Numbered from the stretch's first letter, positions 9,882-20,614 are shown. The stretch is DNA of 64,000 nt from Phycisphaerae bacterium (GCA_030745875.1 JASLNT010000083.1:3501-67500); one strand, 5' to 3'. Numbers and translations: made by a program. Notes: generated by a model not told the origin, from the letters alone.

Positions 9882-10661
9882 ATGAACCTGATAGACACGC
9901 ACTGCCATCTGGCCGACAGACGTCTGGGACGGAATATCGACCAGGTCATCGCCGACGCAGCGGCCGCGGGGGTTCGCTTGATGATCTCCGCAGCAGCAAA
10001 CCTGCCCGACGCGAAGATAGCGGCGGATATCGCATCGAAGCATGATGAGGTTTATTGCACCGCAGGCGTTCATCCGCATCACGCAGCCGAGCAGGGCGAC
10101 AGTTATCTGGACGATATCGAGAAACTCGCCGCATGCGAGCGGAACGTCGCAATCGGTGAGATCGGGTTGGACTATCACTACGACTATTCTCCCCGCCCGC
10201 GTCAGCAGGAGGTGTTTGCCCAGCAGCTCAAACTGGCTGAGAGGCTGGACAAGGTTATCGTGATCCACACTCGTGAGGCGTTTGATGATACGATGGCGAT
10301 TATCCGGGAGTCCGGTGTCGACGGGGCCTGGCTCGTGTTCCATTCGTTTACCGGCGGGGCGGGGGAGGTCCGCGAAATTCTCGATATCGGAGCGATGGTG
10401 AGTTTCTCGGGTATCGCGACATTCAAAACCGCCGACGACATCCGCGCCGGAGCTCTGATCGTGCCTGAGGATCGTATTCTCGTCGAAACCGACTCACCGT
10501 ACCTTTCGCCCGTGCCTGTGCGCAACGCCAGGGTGAACCAGCCGGCGCACGTTGCACACGTTGCGCGGTGTCTTGCTGATCTGCGCGGGGTAGACGTTGA
10601 ACAGTTCGCCGAGCAGACCACTGCAAACGCCAAACGCTTCTTCGGAATCCAGCCCGCGTAG
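9882..10661 (+). CDS. tatD: TatD family metal-dependent hydrolase
   Basis: DTHCH, GVHPH, AIGEIGLDY, IHTRE and LVETDSPYL motifs. Confidence 0.92.
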   Translation: MNLIDTHCHLADRRLGRNIDQVIADAAAAGVRLMISAAANLPDAKIAADIASKHDEVYCTAGVHPHHAAEQGDSYLDDIEKLAACERNVAIGEIGLDYHYDYSPRPRQQEVFAQQLKLAERLDKVIVIHTREAFDDTMAIIRESGVDGAWLVFHSFTGGAGEVREILDIGAMVSFSGIATFKTADDIRAGALIVPEDRILVETDSPYLSPVPVRNARVNQPAHVAHVARCLADLRGVDVEQFAEQTTANAKRFFGIQPA

Positions 10662-10822
10662 TTCGGGGTATCCTCCGTGTCGGACGGCGATGAATTGCGG
10701 ATTAACCGTTACAAAAGTCCACTGGCGGCGTTAACCCGTGTATGATGTGCGTCTGTCCGGGCGCAGATGGGCGTGTTGGCCCGGGAATATCCATTCAGGC
10801 GGTGTTTCAAGAAAGGATCAGT

Positions 10823-12718
10823 ATGGTCTCAACGAGCGGCACGCGGCGAGCATTTCTCAAGACTGTCGGGCTTGGCGCGGCGACAATGGCGATTCCCCGC
10901 GCAGCATCAGCCCGGGACAAGAGCGCAGAGCGTCCGAATATCCTGTGGCTGGTTAGCGAAGACAACGGTCCGTTCCTGGGCTGCTACGGATACAAGAACG
11001 CGATCACACCGCATCTGGACAAGCTTGCAGCCGAGGGCGTGCTCTACGAAAACGCTTTCGCCAACGCCCCGGTGTGTGCTCCGGCCCGCTCGACGATCAT
11101 CACGGGCATGTACCCTCCGTCCATGGGCACCCAGCACATGCGAAGCAAGAATGCGATCCCCGAGACGATCAAGTTTTTCCCGCAGTATCTTCGCGAGGCG
11201 GGCTACTACACGACCAACCGTTCGAAGACCGATTACAACATCGCCAAGCTGCCCAAGGGCACGTGGGATGTTTGTTCGGGCGGCGGACACTGGAAAGGCC
11301 GGAAGAAAGGCCAACCGTTCTTCAGCATTTTCAATATCGGCACGTCGCACGAGAGTTGTCTGCATCGCGGGACGAAGGCGACGAAACAGGATCCGGCGAA
11401 AGTTGAACTTCCCCCGTACCACCCCGATACGCCGGAGTTCCGCAACGACTGGGCGTATTACTATGAGCGGATCACGCAGATGGACTCGCAGATGGGCGCG
11501 ATTCTGGCTGAGTTGGAGAAAGACGGGCTGGCCGAAGACACTATCGTAATCTACTACGCCGACCACGGCGGGGTGCTTGTGCGGTCCAAGCGGTTCCTGT
11601 TCGACTCCGGAACGCACGTGCCCATGATCGCCCGCTTCCCGAAGAAGTATCAGCACCTTGCTCCGGGCAAGCCCGGAACGCGGACCGACCGTCTGGTGAG
11701 CTTCATTGATCTGGCGCCGTCAATGCTCTCGCTGGCGGGGATAAAGATCCCCGATTACATACAGGGCGAAGCGTTCCTGGGGCGTCAGGCGGCCAGGCCG
11801 CGAGACTACGTGTACTTGTTCCGCGGACGGATGGACGAGCGATACGATTTCGCACGTGCGGTCCGGGATAAGAAGTACAAGTACATCCGCAACTACATGC
11901 CGCATCTTCCCTGGGGCCAACACCTCGACTACCTCTGGCGGTCGAAGTCAACCCAATCGCTCTGGAAGGAGCATCTCGCCGGGAGGCTCAAGGGCGCCGA
12001 GAAGCGATTCTTCGAGCCTAAGGCGACCGAAGAACTCTACGACACCAAGGCCGACCCGCACGAGGTTAACAATCTGGCGGGCGATCCGGCGTGTGCTGAT
12101 GTTCTCAAACGTATGCGTGAGGCCCAGCTAGAATGGGCTGTCGATATTCACGATATCGGCTTCCTGCCGGAAGGCGAGTTTATCGCCCGGTCGGAAGGCT
12201 CGACGGTGTTCGAACTGGCCAGGGATAAGAAGAAATACGATCAGGCGGCGTTGATGGCGGCCGCCGATATCGCCAACGCTCGCGATTCCAAGCGACTGGG
12301 CGAGCTTATTAAACTGCTGGGCGATAAGGATTCCGGCGTGAGGTACTGGGGCGCCATCGGGTGTTTGTCGCTGGGCGACGCTGCGGCTGGGGCGAGCGAT
12401 GCGCTTAAAAACGCGCTGGACGATTCGTGTCCGAACGTTCGCATCGCAGCCGCTGAATCGCTCTGTTCGATGGGCAAGAGCGACAAGGCCCTTGGCGTGT
12501 TGGTTGAGGCGTTGGGACATTCAAACGTTAGAGTCGCTCTCCACGCCGCCAATGCTTTGGACTATCTCGGCGACAAGGCGAAAGGCGCAGTCGAGGCGAT
12601 GAAGAAAGCCAAAGGCGACGGATACGTGGAACGTACGGTCAGGTGGGCCCTGGGAGAGCTTGGTGAGAAAATGCCTCCCCCGCCGCCCAGGCAGAGACGC
12701 AGACGCAAGAAGAAATAG
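10823..12718 (+). CDS. Tat-exported formylglycine-type sulfatase with C-terminal HEAT repeats
   Basis: TRRAFLK signal, PNILWLVSED, CAPARS (CxPxR) and DHG motifs; HEAT-like repeats at the C-terminus. Start taken at the ATG after AAGGA. Confidence 0.88.
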   Translation: MVSTSGTRRAFLKTVGLGAATMAIPRAASARDKSAERPNILWLVSEDNGPFLGCYGYKNAITPHLDKLAAEGVLYENAFANAPVCAPARSTIITGMYPPSMGTQHMRSKNAIPETIKFFPQYLREAGYYTTNRSKTDYNIAKLPKGTWDVCSGGGHWKGRKKGQPFFSIFNIGTSHESCLHRGTKATKQDPAKVELPPYHPDTPEFRNDWAYYYERITQMDSQMGAILAELEKDGLAEDTIVIYYADHGGVLVRSKRFLFDSGTHVPMIARFPKKYQHLAPGKPGTRTDRLVSFIDLAPSMLSLAGIKIPDYIQGEAFLGRQAARPRDYVYLFRGRMDERYDFARAVRDKKYKYIRNYMPHLPWGQHLDYLWRSKSTQSLWKEHLAGRLKGAEKRFFEPKATEELYDTKADPHEVNNLAGDPACADVLKRMREAQLEWAVDIHDIGFLPEGEFIARSEGSTVFELARDKKKYDQAALMAAADIANARDSKRLGELIKLLGDKDSGVRYWGAIGCLSLGDAAAGASDALKNALDDSCPNVRIAAAESLCSMGKSDKALGVLVEALGHSNVRVALHAANALDYLGDKAKGAVEAMKKAKGDGYVERTVRWALGELGEKMPPPPPRQRRRRKKK

Positions 12719-12726
12719 ACACGCCG

Positions 12727-12756
12727 TGCGTCCGTGGTTTAGAATCCACGGGCGCA
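12727..12756 (+). other. Intergenic stem-loop
   Basis: tgcgtccgtgg / ccacgggcgca 11-bp stem; no clear U-tract. Confidence 0.35.
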
Positions 12757-12806
12757 GCGTGCGGAATGAAACGCAGACGATAATTTGACAACACAGGAGT
12801 TGGCCA

Positions 12807-14060
12807 ATGAAAAAACAGAAAACCGAAATGACACGACGCGGTTTGATGAAGGGCGCAGCAGCGGCTGCGGCGTCGGCCGCGACGATCTCGATAGTCCCCA
12901 GCCACGTACTAGGCGGCCCGGACAGGCCTGCGGCGCCCAGTGATACGTTCGGTGCGGCTTTGATCGGCTGCGGCAGTAGAGGGGGCGGGACGTTTCGAGA
13001 TCTCAGCGGTAAGCACGGTCTGAACATCAGGGACTTGGCGCGATGCGACGTGAAGTACGTTGACAAGTGCGACAACAAGAAAATCTACACCGACTTCCGC
13101 CGCGTGATGGAGCGCAAGGATATCGACATCATTGCGATTGCGACTCCGCCTCACTGGCACGCGTTGATCAGCATTGCTGCAATGGAATCCGGCAAGGACG
13201 TCGTATGCGAGAAGCCCATGACGCGATTCGTCGGCGAGGGGCGCGCAGTGGTCAATGCCGCCAAACGTTACGGGCGTATCTTCCAGGTGGGCACGTACGG
13301 GCGATTCGGAATGGCTACAAGCAAGGGAACCAATGCGATGACCCGCAAGATCATGTCCAGCGGGTTGCTGAAGAAGACCCAGGCGGTCTACGTGCATCGC
13401 GGCGGGTTAAAGGTCAAGCAGTGGTCCGGTCGGGTCGATCTTGCTCCTCAGCCCGTTCCCTCCAGCCTCGATTGGGATATGTACTGCGGCCCGAGCCCGC
13501 TGAAACCGTACGTTTCGCGTCGCACGGGCGGTACGCACCGCGGATACTGGGACTACGACGGCGGCGGTCTGGGCGACATGGGTCAGCACAAGTTCGACCC
13601 GATCAACTTCCTGCACGGTAAGGACAACACCGGTCCCGTCGAGATTGAGACTCACGCGCCGCCGGCGCATCCGGAGGCCGCCGGCATGTGGGGATGGTCA
13701 AAGCTTACGTACGCCGACGGGTTTACGCTGGTTGTCGAGAGCGGAGAGTGGGGCGAGCCGAGCGGAATAAAAAGAAGGCATCCTACCCTCGACGAATTGA
13801 GCCCCGAAGATCAGGAAAAGATCAAAGCCATGCCGGACCAGGGACCGTTAGTGGGTTTCGGAGAGGCCGTCAAAACACGCAGGCAACCGGGCGGGCACGC
13901 CGAAGCCGCACACCGCACCGTTTGCATTATGCACCTTACCAATATATCCATTCGCGTTGGGCGAAAGATCAAATTCGACCCGGTCACCGAACAGATTATC
14001 GGTGACGAAGAGGCCAATCGCCTCGCCCACCAGCCGATGCGGGCGCCATGGCATCTGTAG
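12807..14060 (+). CDS. Tat-exported Gfo/Idh/MocA family oxidoreductase
   Basis: TRRGLMK signal, IGCGSRG, IATPPHWH, CEKPM and DMGQH motifs. Confidence 0.88.
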   Translation: MKKQKTEMTRRGLMKGAAAAAASAATISIVPSHVLGGPDRPAAPSDTFGAALIGCGSRGGGTFRDLSGKHGLNIRDLARCDVKYVDKCDNKKIYTDFRRVMERKDIDIIAIATPPHWHALISIAAMESGKDVVCEKPMTRFVGEGRAVVNAAKRYGRIFQVGTYGRFGMATSKGTNAMTRKIMSSGLLKKTQAVYVHRGGLKVKQWSGRVDLAPQPVPSSLDWDMYCGPSPLKPYVSRRTGGTHRGYWDYDGGGLGDMGQHKFDPINFLHGKDNTGPVEIETHAPPAHPEAAGMWGWSKLTYADGFTLVVESGEWGEPSGIKRRHPTLDELSPEDQEKIKAMPDQGPLVGFGEAVKTRRQPGGHAEAAHRTVCIMHLTNISIRVGRKIKFDPVTEQIIGDEEANRLAHQPMRAPWHL

Positions 14061-14099
14061 ACAGAGAACCAAAACGCGAACAGCAAAAGGAATATATCA

Positions 14100-14966
14100 A
14101 TGGCAGCTTCAGATAAACTGAAAAAACTCGTGGAACAAATGCCCGAGGCGGACGGGACTAGCGGAAAAAGCGGGAAGAAGGGAAGGAGAAAGTCGTCCGG
14201 TACGCTGACCGGTCCGTCGTGGTCAGAGGCGGCGCCGGTTTTCGATGAGGTGCTCAAGGGCGGAAGCGAAAGCATCGTGGGTTTGATTGGTATGCTCTCG
14301 GCGACCGACGACGGTAAGGATATTAAGCCTCGCTACATGATACACGCGCTGACCACCTACGCCTGTACTCCGGGTAAGGATGCGGCTCGCGCGTGCGTCG
14401 CTGGCGCGATTACTTCGCAACTGGCTGGGCAGTCCAAGGACAACCAGGCCTTCCTGATGCGACAACTGCAACTCTGCGCCGATGCGAAAGCCGCGCCGGA
14501 GTTGGGGAAGTTCCTGTGCACGAAAGATCTCTCTACTCCGGCGGCATACGCGTTGACGGCGATTGGGAAAGACGCCTTGCCCCAGCTTCGCGCCGCCTTG
14601 CCGAAGGCCAAGGGCTCGTGCCTGCTTGATGTGGTCCAGGCCTTGGGAGTGTTGGGTGATGAGAAGTCCGTCGAAGGTCTCCGGAAAGCCGCCGCCGATT
14701 CCGATCGCGAGGTTCGCATCTCGGCCGTTCGGGGCCTGGCGAACATCGGTGACGCAGGTTCGGCGGATGTGCTGATCAAGGCTTCCGATGCGAAAGGCGC
14801 CTGGGAGAGAATTCAGACGGCCAAGGCGTGCCTTGTGCTGGCTGAGAAACTCAACGCTGCGGGCAAGAAGTCGGACGCCCAGAAGATATATAAGCATCTG
14901 CGGAATACTCGAAAAGATGCGGGCGAGAAATATCTAGCCGATCTGGCGATAGCGGCGCTGGCGTAG
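14100..14966 (+). CDS. HEAT repeat protein
   Basis: Ala/Leu-rich helical repeats (ALGVLGD, VRISAVRGLANIG). Confidence 0.75.
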   Translation: MAASDKLKKLVEQMPEADGTSGKSGKKGRRKSSGTLTGPSWSEAAPVFDEVLKGGSESIVGLIGMLSATDDGKDIKPRYMIHALTTYACTPGKDAARACVAGAITSQLAGQSKDNQAFLMRQLQLCADAKAAPELGKFLCTKDLSTPAAYALTAIGKDALPQLRAALPKAKGSCLLDVVQALGVLGDEKSVEGLRKAAADSDREVRISAVRGLANIGDAGSADVLIKASDAKGAWERIQTAKACLVLAEKLNAAGKKSDAQKIYKHLRNTRKDAGEKYLADLAIAALA

Positions 14967-15098
14967 CGATGAACCTGCGGCGCGCTGACATTATGTTGAC
15001 GTGATTCAAGCGGTCGGCGACAGTTGAGAACAATGTTGTCGACCGCTTCACGTCCGGCCCGGTGCAATCCATACTACTTTTTACCGGCGGATGCGAAT

Positions 15099-16382
15099 AT
15101 GACACAGGAAGCGAAGAAGCAAACTATCCGGGTTCTTACGGTGACGTTCTGTCTGGCGTCTCTGGCGTGGGTTTCGCAGTTGTCGGCCGAGAAGGCGGGC
15201 GTAAAGGCGACCTGGCCGCAATTTCACGGGCCCGATCGCAGCAATGTTTCGCCTGACAAGGGGCTTCTGAAGAGATGGCCCGCCGAAGGTCCGAAACTGA
15301 TATGGAAGTACGACAAGTGCGGCGCGGGATTTGCGACGGTCACGATTGTCGACGATATGATCTTCACTTCGGGTGATTTTGGAAAGATACAGAAGGTTCT
15401 TGCGCTGGATCTGGATGGGAAGTTGCTTTGGGAGGCCCGGAACGGCGAGAGTTGGCGGGGGCCTTATCCCGGCGCCAGGACGAATCCGACATACAGCGAC
15501 GGGGCGGTTTACCAGATGAATCCGCACGGGCGGTTGGCGTCGTTTGACGCCAAGTCGGGCAAGGAGCTGTGGGCTGTTGAACTCCAGAAGGAATTCGGGC
15601 CCAGCCCCAGACGCTGGGCGATGTCCGAGAATGTGATAGTTGAAGGCAAGGTCCTTTACTGTTGCCCGGGCGGTGAGAAGGGCAGGATTGTCGCACTGGA
15701 TAAAGCTACGGGCAAGACTATCTGGGCGAATACGGAGATTCCGCAGGCGTCGGCGTATTGCTCGCCGATTATCGCTACTCACAATGGCGTGCGGCAGGTG
15801 ATTAACCTGATGACAAAATCAGTTGTCAGCGTGGACGCCAAGACAGGCAAGTTCCTCTGGAGCCACAAGCACATAACCAAACACGATCAGAACGTGACCT
15901 CTCCGATATTCACCAACGGGCTGGTGTGCGTATCGAGCGGGCACAAAACCGGTACGAGGTTCCTGAAGATCGCTTCGGACAACCGCAGCGTGAAAGAGAT
16001 CTGGTTCAACCAGGATCTCGACAATTGTCATGGCGGTCTGTTGCTGGTGGACGGACACCTCTACGGGACGGGATGCAGAATGTCTCCCCTCGGAATGGTC
16101 TGCGTCAACGCCAAGTCAGGCAAGACTGTGTGGAATTTCCGCCCGCTGTCCAAGATCTCGCTGACGTATGCCGACGGGATGATGTACGGAATGAACGATC
16201 GAGGGAAGGTGTGGCTGGTCAAAGCCGACTCCACCGCATGCAAGATAGTCAGCCGGTTTGACCTCCCCAGGTCCAGCCGCGCGCCCACACTGGCGCACCC
16301 GGTGGTTTTTAACGGTCGATTCTATCTCCGAAGCGGAAGCGACCTGCACGTGTACGACGTTCGCGGGTCCGCATCGAAGTAG
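15099..16382 (+). CDS. Secreted PQQ-binding-like (BamB-type) beta-propeller protein
   Basis: Signal peptide, WPQFHGP, repeated A-x-D-x-x-T/SGKxxW motifs, HPVV..GRFYLR. Confidence 0.8.
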   Translation: MTQEAKKQTIRVLTVTFCLASLAWVSQLSAEKAGVKATWPQFHGPDRSNVSPDKGLLKRWPAEGPKLIWKYDKCGAGFATVTIVDDMIFTSGDFGKIQKVLALDLDGKLLWEARNGESWRGPYPGARTNPTYSDGAVYQMNPHGRLASFDAKSGKELWAVELQKEFGPSPRRWAMSENVIVEGKVLYCCPGGEKGRIVALDKATGKTIWANTEIPQASAYCSPIIATHNGVRQVINLMTKSVVSVDAKTGKFLWSHKHITKHDQNVTSPIFTNGLVCVSSGHKTGTRFLKIASDNRSVKEIWFNQDLDNCHGGLLLVDGHLYGTGCRMSPLGMVCVNAKSGKTVWNFRPLSKISLTYADGMMYGMNDRGKVWLVKADSTACKIVSRFDLPRSSRAPTLAHPVVFNGRFYLRSGSDLHVYDVRGSASK

Positions 16383-16405
16383 GGGCTCGGCGATCCTTTG
16401 ATGTT

Positions 16406-16942
16406 TTAGTCCTGGCAGGAGCCGCAACTGGTGCACATGCTCTTGAAGAAGGCCAGGAACGCGAACAACAATCCGAGTATGCACAGTCCGGCCGCCGGTT
16501 GGGCCAGCAACACCAAGGCTGCTTTGGCATCTCCGGTGCTTCCCAGTCCCGGAGCCTTCAGGGCGGCGAGCATCCAGAACACCGAGTAGCCCAGAGAACC
16601 GAGCCCCAGGCAGAGCGAACCTGCAAATTTGCAGAATGAGCAGCTGCTGACAACGCCCAGGAGCAGCGCAACCGCCAGTGCGATCGCGCCCAATCCGGCT
16701 GCATGCATATGTGCTCGCTTGAAGTAGACCCACGACTTATCGGTGATCTTTTTCATTTTGGCTTCGTCGCCTTTGTAGACCGTTTCCTTCACGGCGGCGG
16801 CTTCAGATTTGAGGTGACCTTTGACGTCGTCTTCAAAGAGCCCGAAGGTCGCTCCCAGGGCGAAGGAATAAAGGATCGTCAGCATGGCAAAAAACGTGCC
16901 GAGTTTTGCGGGCTTTATTTTGGCGATGGCGATATTACTCAT
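16406..16942 (-). CDS. Hypothetical membrane protein (about 4 TM helices)
   Basis: Hydrophobic segments and RAHMH motif; ATG preceded by GAGG. Confidence 0.7.
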   Translation of the reverse strand: MSNIAIAKIKPAKLGTFFAMLTILYSFALGATFGLFEDDVKGHLKSEAAAVKETVYKGDEAKMKKITDKSWVYFKRAHMHAAGLGAIALAVALLLGVVSSCSFCKFAGSLCLGLGSLGYSVFWMLAALKAPGLGSTGDAKAALVLLAQPAAGLCILGLLFAFLAFFKSMCTSCGSCQD

Positions 16943-17047
16943 TGTTGCCTCTTTCGTTGTCTGGTGAGATTACAGGTTGCCCTGAACGCCATTATTACGT
17001 TCGAGGTGTCAGTATTCTACGCATGTCAACATGCGCGTCCAGTACAA

Positions 17048-17075
17048 TTGACAGAATCCGCCGTCTTGCTATGAT
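17048..17075 (+). promoter_or_regulatory. Putative sigma70 promoter
   Basis: TTGACA-N16-TATGAT with an extended -10 TG, upstream of the 17104 gene. Confidence 0.55.
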
Positions 17076-17103
17076 GGAAGCACCGAACTGAGGATATTCG
17101 AGT

Positions 17104-18009
17104 ATGAAAAGGATCGTTCTCACGATTGTGTGGTTGTCGGCGGCGGTATTGCCCCCGGTTGGGGCGGCGGTGATCCGAACCGTTCCTCGTCCGGGAGAGT
17201 CCACCACCAGGCCCGCCGCCACATCGCGTCCAGCCGGGACGAGCAAGTTGTCTATCCGTATTATGCGGGATGACTGGGGCGACGCTGGAACGGCTGATAT
17301 TCACAGAGTTCTTAAATCGGCGGCCGGTGAATTGTGGAGGAGCTTCCCCGACCGACGCCTGCATCCGATCATAGTCCAGCGAGGCCGACGGGCGCCAATA
17401 ACCCTTTATCGAAGAGGTCCCAAGGGCGAATATCTGATAAAAGTGACCACCAAGGGACGTTACTGGTGCCAATTCGCCTACCAGTTTGCACACGAGTTTT
17501 GCCATGTTCTGGCGAACTACTCGCACAAAACGCCCGTTGCGAATAAGTGGTTCGAAGAATCGCTTTGCGAAATGGCGTCGATTTATTCGATGCGTCGTAT
17601 GGCGATCACGTGGAAAACATCGCCTCCGCACTCGCACTGGAGGAGTTACGCCGCCGATATACAGGCCTACGTAGACGACCTGCAGGGGCCCGAGGATAAA
17701 CTCCCCAAGGGCAAGACGCTCGCCGCGTGGTACAAAGAGAATCGCACCGCACTGCGAAGGGCTCCTTGCCTGCGCGACAAGAACAGGATCGTCGCCAACA
17801 GTCTGATAGGCTTGTTCGAGGCCAGTCCGGAGCATTGGCCGGCGATAGGGTATCTGAATTCCGGCAAGCCGGTCTCGGACAGTCTCCAGGGCCACCTTGC
17901 CAACTGGTATCGCCAAACGCCCGCCAGGCACAGGAAGATTGTGGGCGACATCATCAAGAGGTTTGAACTCAAGATTCCCCAGATTCCGCTGAAGAAGCAG
18001 GCGTCGTGA
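17104..18009 (+). CDS. Secreted protein, putative zinc metallopeptidase (gluzincin-like)
   Basis: Signal peptide; AHEFCH (HExxH) followed by WFEESLCE; GAGG RBS. Confidence 0.65.
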   Translation: MKRIVLTIVWLSAAVLPPVGAAVIRTVPRPGESTTRPAATSRPAGTSKLSIRIMRDDWGDAGTADIHRVLKSAAGELWRSFPDRRLHPIIVQRGRRAPITLYRRGPKGEYLIKVTTKGRYWCQFAYQFAHEFCHVLANYSHKTPVANKWFEESLCEMASIYSMRRMAITWKTSPPHSHWRSYAADIQAYVDDLQGPEDKLPKGKTLAAWYKENRTALRRAPCLRDKNRIVANSLIGLFEASPEHWPAIGYLNSGKPVSDSLQGHLANWYRQTPARHRKIVGDIIKRFELKIPQIPLKKQAS

Positions 18010-18898
18010 TGCGGCGCGCCTTAGTCAGGAGCATCTTAACCAGAAGTACGGTCAGGTAGAGCCCCGCCGCCAGAACTATGATTATTGCGCCCGAGGGGAG
18101 ATTCGGCCCGTAACTTATCGCCAGCCCGGTCGTAGTCAGCGCCATCGACAGCAGCACCGCCAGAACCATGACCTGCCACATCCTTCGGGCGAACTGTCCG
18201 GCGATGGCTACGGGTATGGTCAGCAGGGCGATGACCATTACTATACCCACCACAGAGACAAGCAGAACCACTGTTAGAGCTGTCAGGCACAGCAGTGTGA
18301 GGTAGTGAAGTTCGACGCGCACCCCGCGTGTGCGAGCAAATTCTTCGTCGAAGCAGATTGCGACGAACTGTTTGTAGAGCAGCAGCGACACGATGATGAC
18401 CGCGGCGTCGAGAATGGCGATTGGTATGAGTTTGGCGGGCGATACGACCAGAATGTCTCCGAACAAATAGCCCATCATGTCCTGCTGATATCCGGGCGTG
18501 GCGGAGATGAAGAGCACTCCAATCGCCATGCCGGATGCCCACAATGCGCTGATGACGGTGTCCTCTCTCTGCTTGAATCTGAGCGACACCACGCCGATTA
18601 TCACCGCGGCCAGCAAAGCTGCTACGATGGCTCCGGACAGGGGGGTGACCCACTGGACGCCCCATATTGGATCGACAAACGACCAGTCCAGCGCCTTGTG
18701 ACAGTAGATTGCCGCCCCCATACCGCCCAACACGCAGTGGGCGATGCCGCCGGCTAGATAAGTGATGCGTCTTGTGACCACATACGTGCCGACCACTCCG
18801 CAGGCGATGCTGGTTAGTAGTCCGACGCCGAGGATGCTGAGCAATACCGGTGATGCGCCAGCTAGTTCAGACTGTAATGTGCGGATGAAATCACTCAT
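17969..18898 (-). CDS. znuB: Zn/Mn ABC transporter permease
   Basis: GIAHCVLGG, YLFGDIL, FDEEFA and VGIVMVIALL motifs; adjacent to the ATPase and binding protein. Confidence 0.88.
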   Translation of the reverse strand: MSDFIRTLQSELAGASPVLLSILGVGLLTSIACGVVGTYVVTRRITYLAGGIAHCVLGGMGAAIYCHKALDWSFVDPIWGVQWVTPLSGAIVAALLAAVIIGVVSLRFKQREDTVISALWASGMAIGVLFISATPGYQQDMMGYLFGDILVVSPAKLIPIAILDAAVIIVSLLLYKQFVAICFDEEFARTRGVRVELHYLTLLCLTALTVVLLVSVVGIVMVIALLTIPVAIAGQFARRMWQVMVLAVLLSMALTTTGLAISYGPNLPSGAIIIVLAAGLYLTVLLVKMLLTKARRITTPASSAESGES

Positions 18899-19688
18899 GA
18901 TGCGGCTGGGGATCTCCGGAATGGTCTTGGCAGTTGTGATCGTGCCTGACGAGCATTATGTCGTGTCCGTACAGGTCCTGCATTAACTCACCGGTAAGTT
19001 CGGCCGTCGGATGCACTGCAACCGACCCATGCACGCATACGACCTTGTCAACCAGTTGTGAAACGAATCCGACATCGTGCGAGACCATCACGAGCGTGAG
19101 TTTCTCGCTCAGTTGTTCCAGAAGTTGATGAAAATCCGCTTCGACGCCTATATCCAGATTGGCTGTGGGTTCGTCCAGGAGCAGCAGCTCTGGTTTCGAT
19201 GCAAGGGCGCGGGCTATCAGCACTCGCTGTCTCTGTCCGCCCGACAAGTCTGAGAACGCCCGTCTGGCCAGGTCTCCCAGCCCGACTGCCTCCAGCGCCT
19301 CGCCAGCCGCCAGGCGGTCGCTGCGGCGATAAGGTCCGAGCACGTTCGTCTGCCCGATGCGGCCCATAAGTACGACGTCAGTGACGCTCACGGGGAATTT
19401 CGGATCGAATGCGGCGTGCTGGGGAGCGTATCCGACGTATTTGCGCCGGGCCGACGGCTGACCTCCGAGCACACGCACCTGTCCCCGCGTCGGGTGAAGC
19501 AGTCCGAGAATCAGTTTAACCAGCGTTGTCTTGCCCCCGCCGTTAGGCCCGACCATGCAGACCTTCTGCCCGGCCGAAATAGATAGATTGACATTCTGCA
19601 GCACGCACACGGATCCATACGAGAACCAAAGGTTGCGGATGTCAACGGCGAGGCCTTCAGGCTTTGAGTGTGAGTGCGATGGTGACAT
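18891..19688 (-). CDS. znuC: Zn/Mn ABC transporter ATP-binding protein
   Basis: GPNGGGKT, LSGGQRQR, LLLDEPT and SHD motifs; His-rich ends. Confidence 0.9.
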   Translation of the reverse strand: MSPSHSHSKPEGLAVDIRNLWFSYGSVCVLQNVNLSISAGQKVCMVGPNGGGKTTLVKLILGLLHPTRGQVRVLGGQPSARRKYVGYAPQHAAFDPKFPVSVTDVVLMGRIGQTNVLGPYRRSDRLAAGEALEAVGLGDLARRAFSDLSGGQRQRVLIARALASKPELLLLDEPTANLDIGVEADFHQLLEQLSEKLTLVMVSHDVGFVSQLVDKVVCVHGSVAVHPTAELTGELMQDLYGHDIMLVRHDHNCQDHSGDPQPHHE

Positions 19689-19697
19689 TGCGGATTC

Positions 19698-20585
19698 CTA
19701 CTGTTGCAGGGCCTTTTGAAGTTCTTCGGCAATGTGTTCGAGATTGTTGATGTAATCGGCCGACAGTGGATCCAACACCACCACCTCTCCGCCAATTTTG
19801 TCTGCGATTATGGCTGCGGCTCGATGAGAAAACTGGGGTTGAACGAAGATCGCTCTGGCTCGGGCGGATTTGGCGCGGTCGATGAGATCGCCTATTCGCC
19901 TTGGTCCGGGAGACTTGCCTTCGTGCTCGACGGCCTCTTGCTTCAGCCCGTAAGCTTCAGCGAGATGTCCGAACGCCGGATGGAACACGAAGAATGTTCT
20001 CCCTTTGAACGGCGCCAGTATTTTGGCGAGCCGAACGTCGAGATCATCCAGGTCTTCGTGCAGTTGACGGAGATTCCTGCGGTAGTCGTCGGCGTGGGGC
20101 GGATCGAGTTTGCATAGTTCCAGACAGACACCGCTGGCGAGAGTTTTCGATAGTTTTGGCGACATCCAGACATGGTTGTCTCCACCGTGTCCATGATGGT
20201 CATGCGTTTCGATGTCCTTTGCGACATTGACGACTCTAAGTTGCGAATTGCCCCACGACAGCCTTGATGAGATGATCTGTCCGAAGTCGGAACCCGCGCA
20301 GAGCAGCAGGCCGCCCCGGCTGAGTTTGACGACCTGCTTGGGGGTTGGCGTGTAAGTGTGAGGGTTTCCGCCCGGAGCAATCAGCACATTCACCGTTATG
20401 TGTTTTCCGGCGATCCGACGGGCGAAGTACGCCAGCGGGGCCACACTGACGAACATCTGGGGCTTGTCCTGGTCGGGCGATTCCTCCCGCCAACCGCACC
20501 CGCTGGTCGCAATCAGTATCGCAAGCAGCAGCACTATGGTGGTCTGGACGGCGACAATTATTGTTTTTCGTGTCTGCTCGGGCAT
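19698..20585 (-). CDS. znuA: Zn/Mn ABC transporter substrate-binding lipoprotein
   Basis: NPHTYTP, His-rich loop HDHHGH, NHVWMSP, FHPAFG and LDPL motifs; start taken at ATG 20585. Confidence 0.88.
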   Translation of the reverse strand: MPEQTRKTIIVAVQTTIVLLLAILIATSGCGWREESPDQDKPQMFVSVAPLAYFARRIAGKHITVNVLIAPGGNPHTYTPTPKQVVKLSRGGLLLCAGSDFGQIISSRLSWGNSQLRVVNVAKDIETHDHHGHGGDNHVWMSPKLSKTLASGVCLELCKLDPPHADDYRRNLRQLHEDLDDLDVRLAKILAPFKGRTFFVFHPAFGHLAEAYGLKQEAVEHEGKSPGPRRIGDLIDRAKSARARAIFVQPQFSHRAAAIIADKIGGEVVVLDPLSADYINNLEHIAEELQKALQQ

Positions 20586-20614
20586 TTTCGCCCCTCCGGT
20601 ACGCCGGAGTCCCC

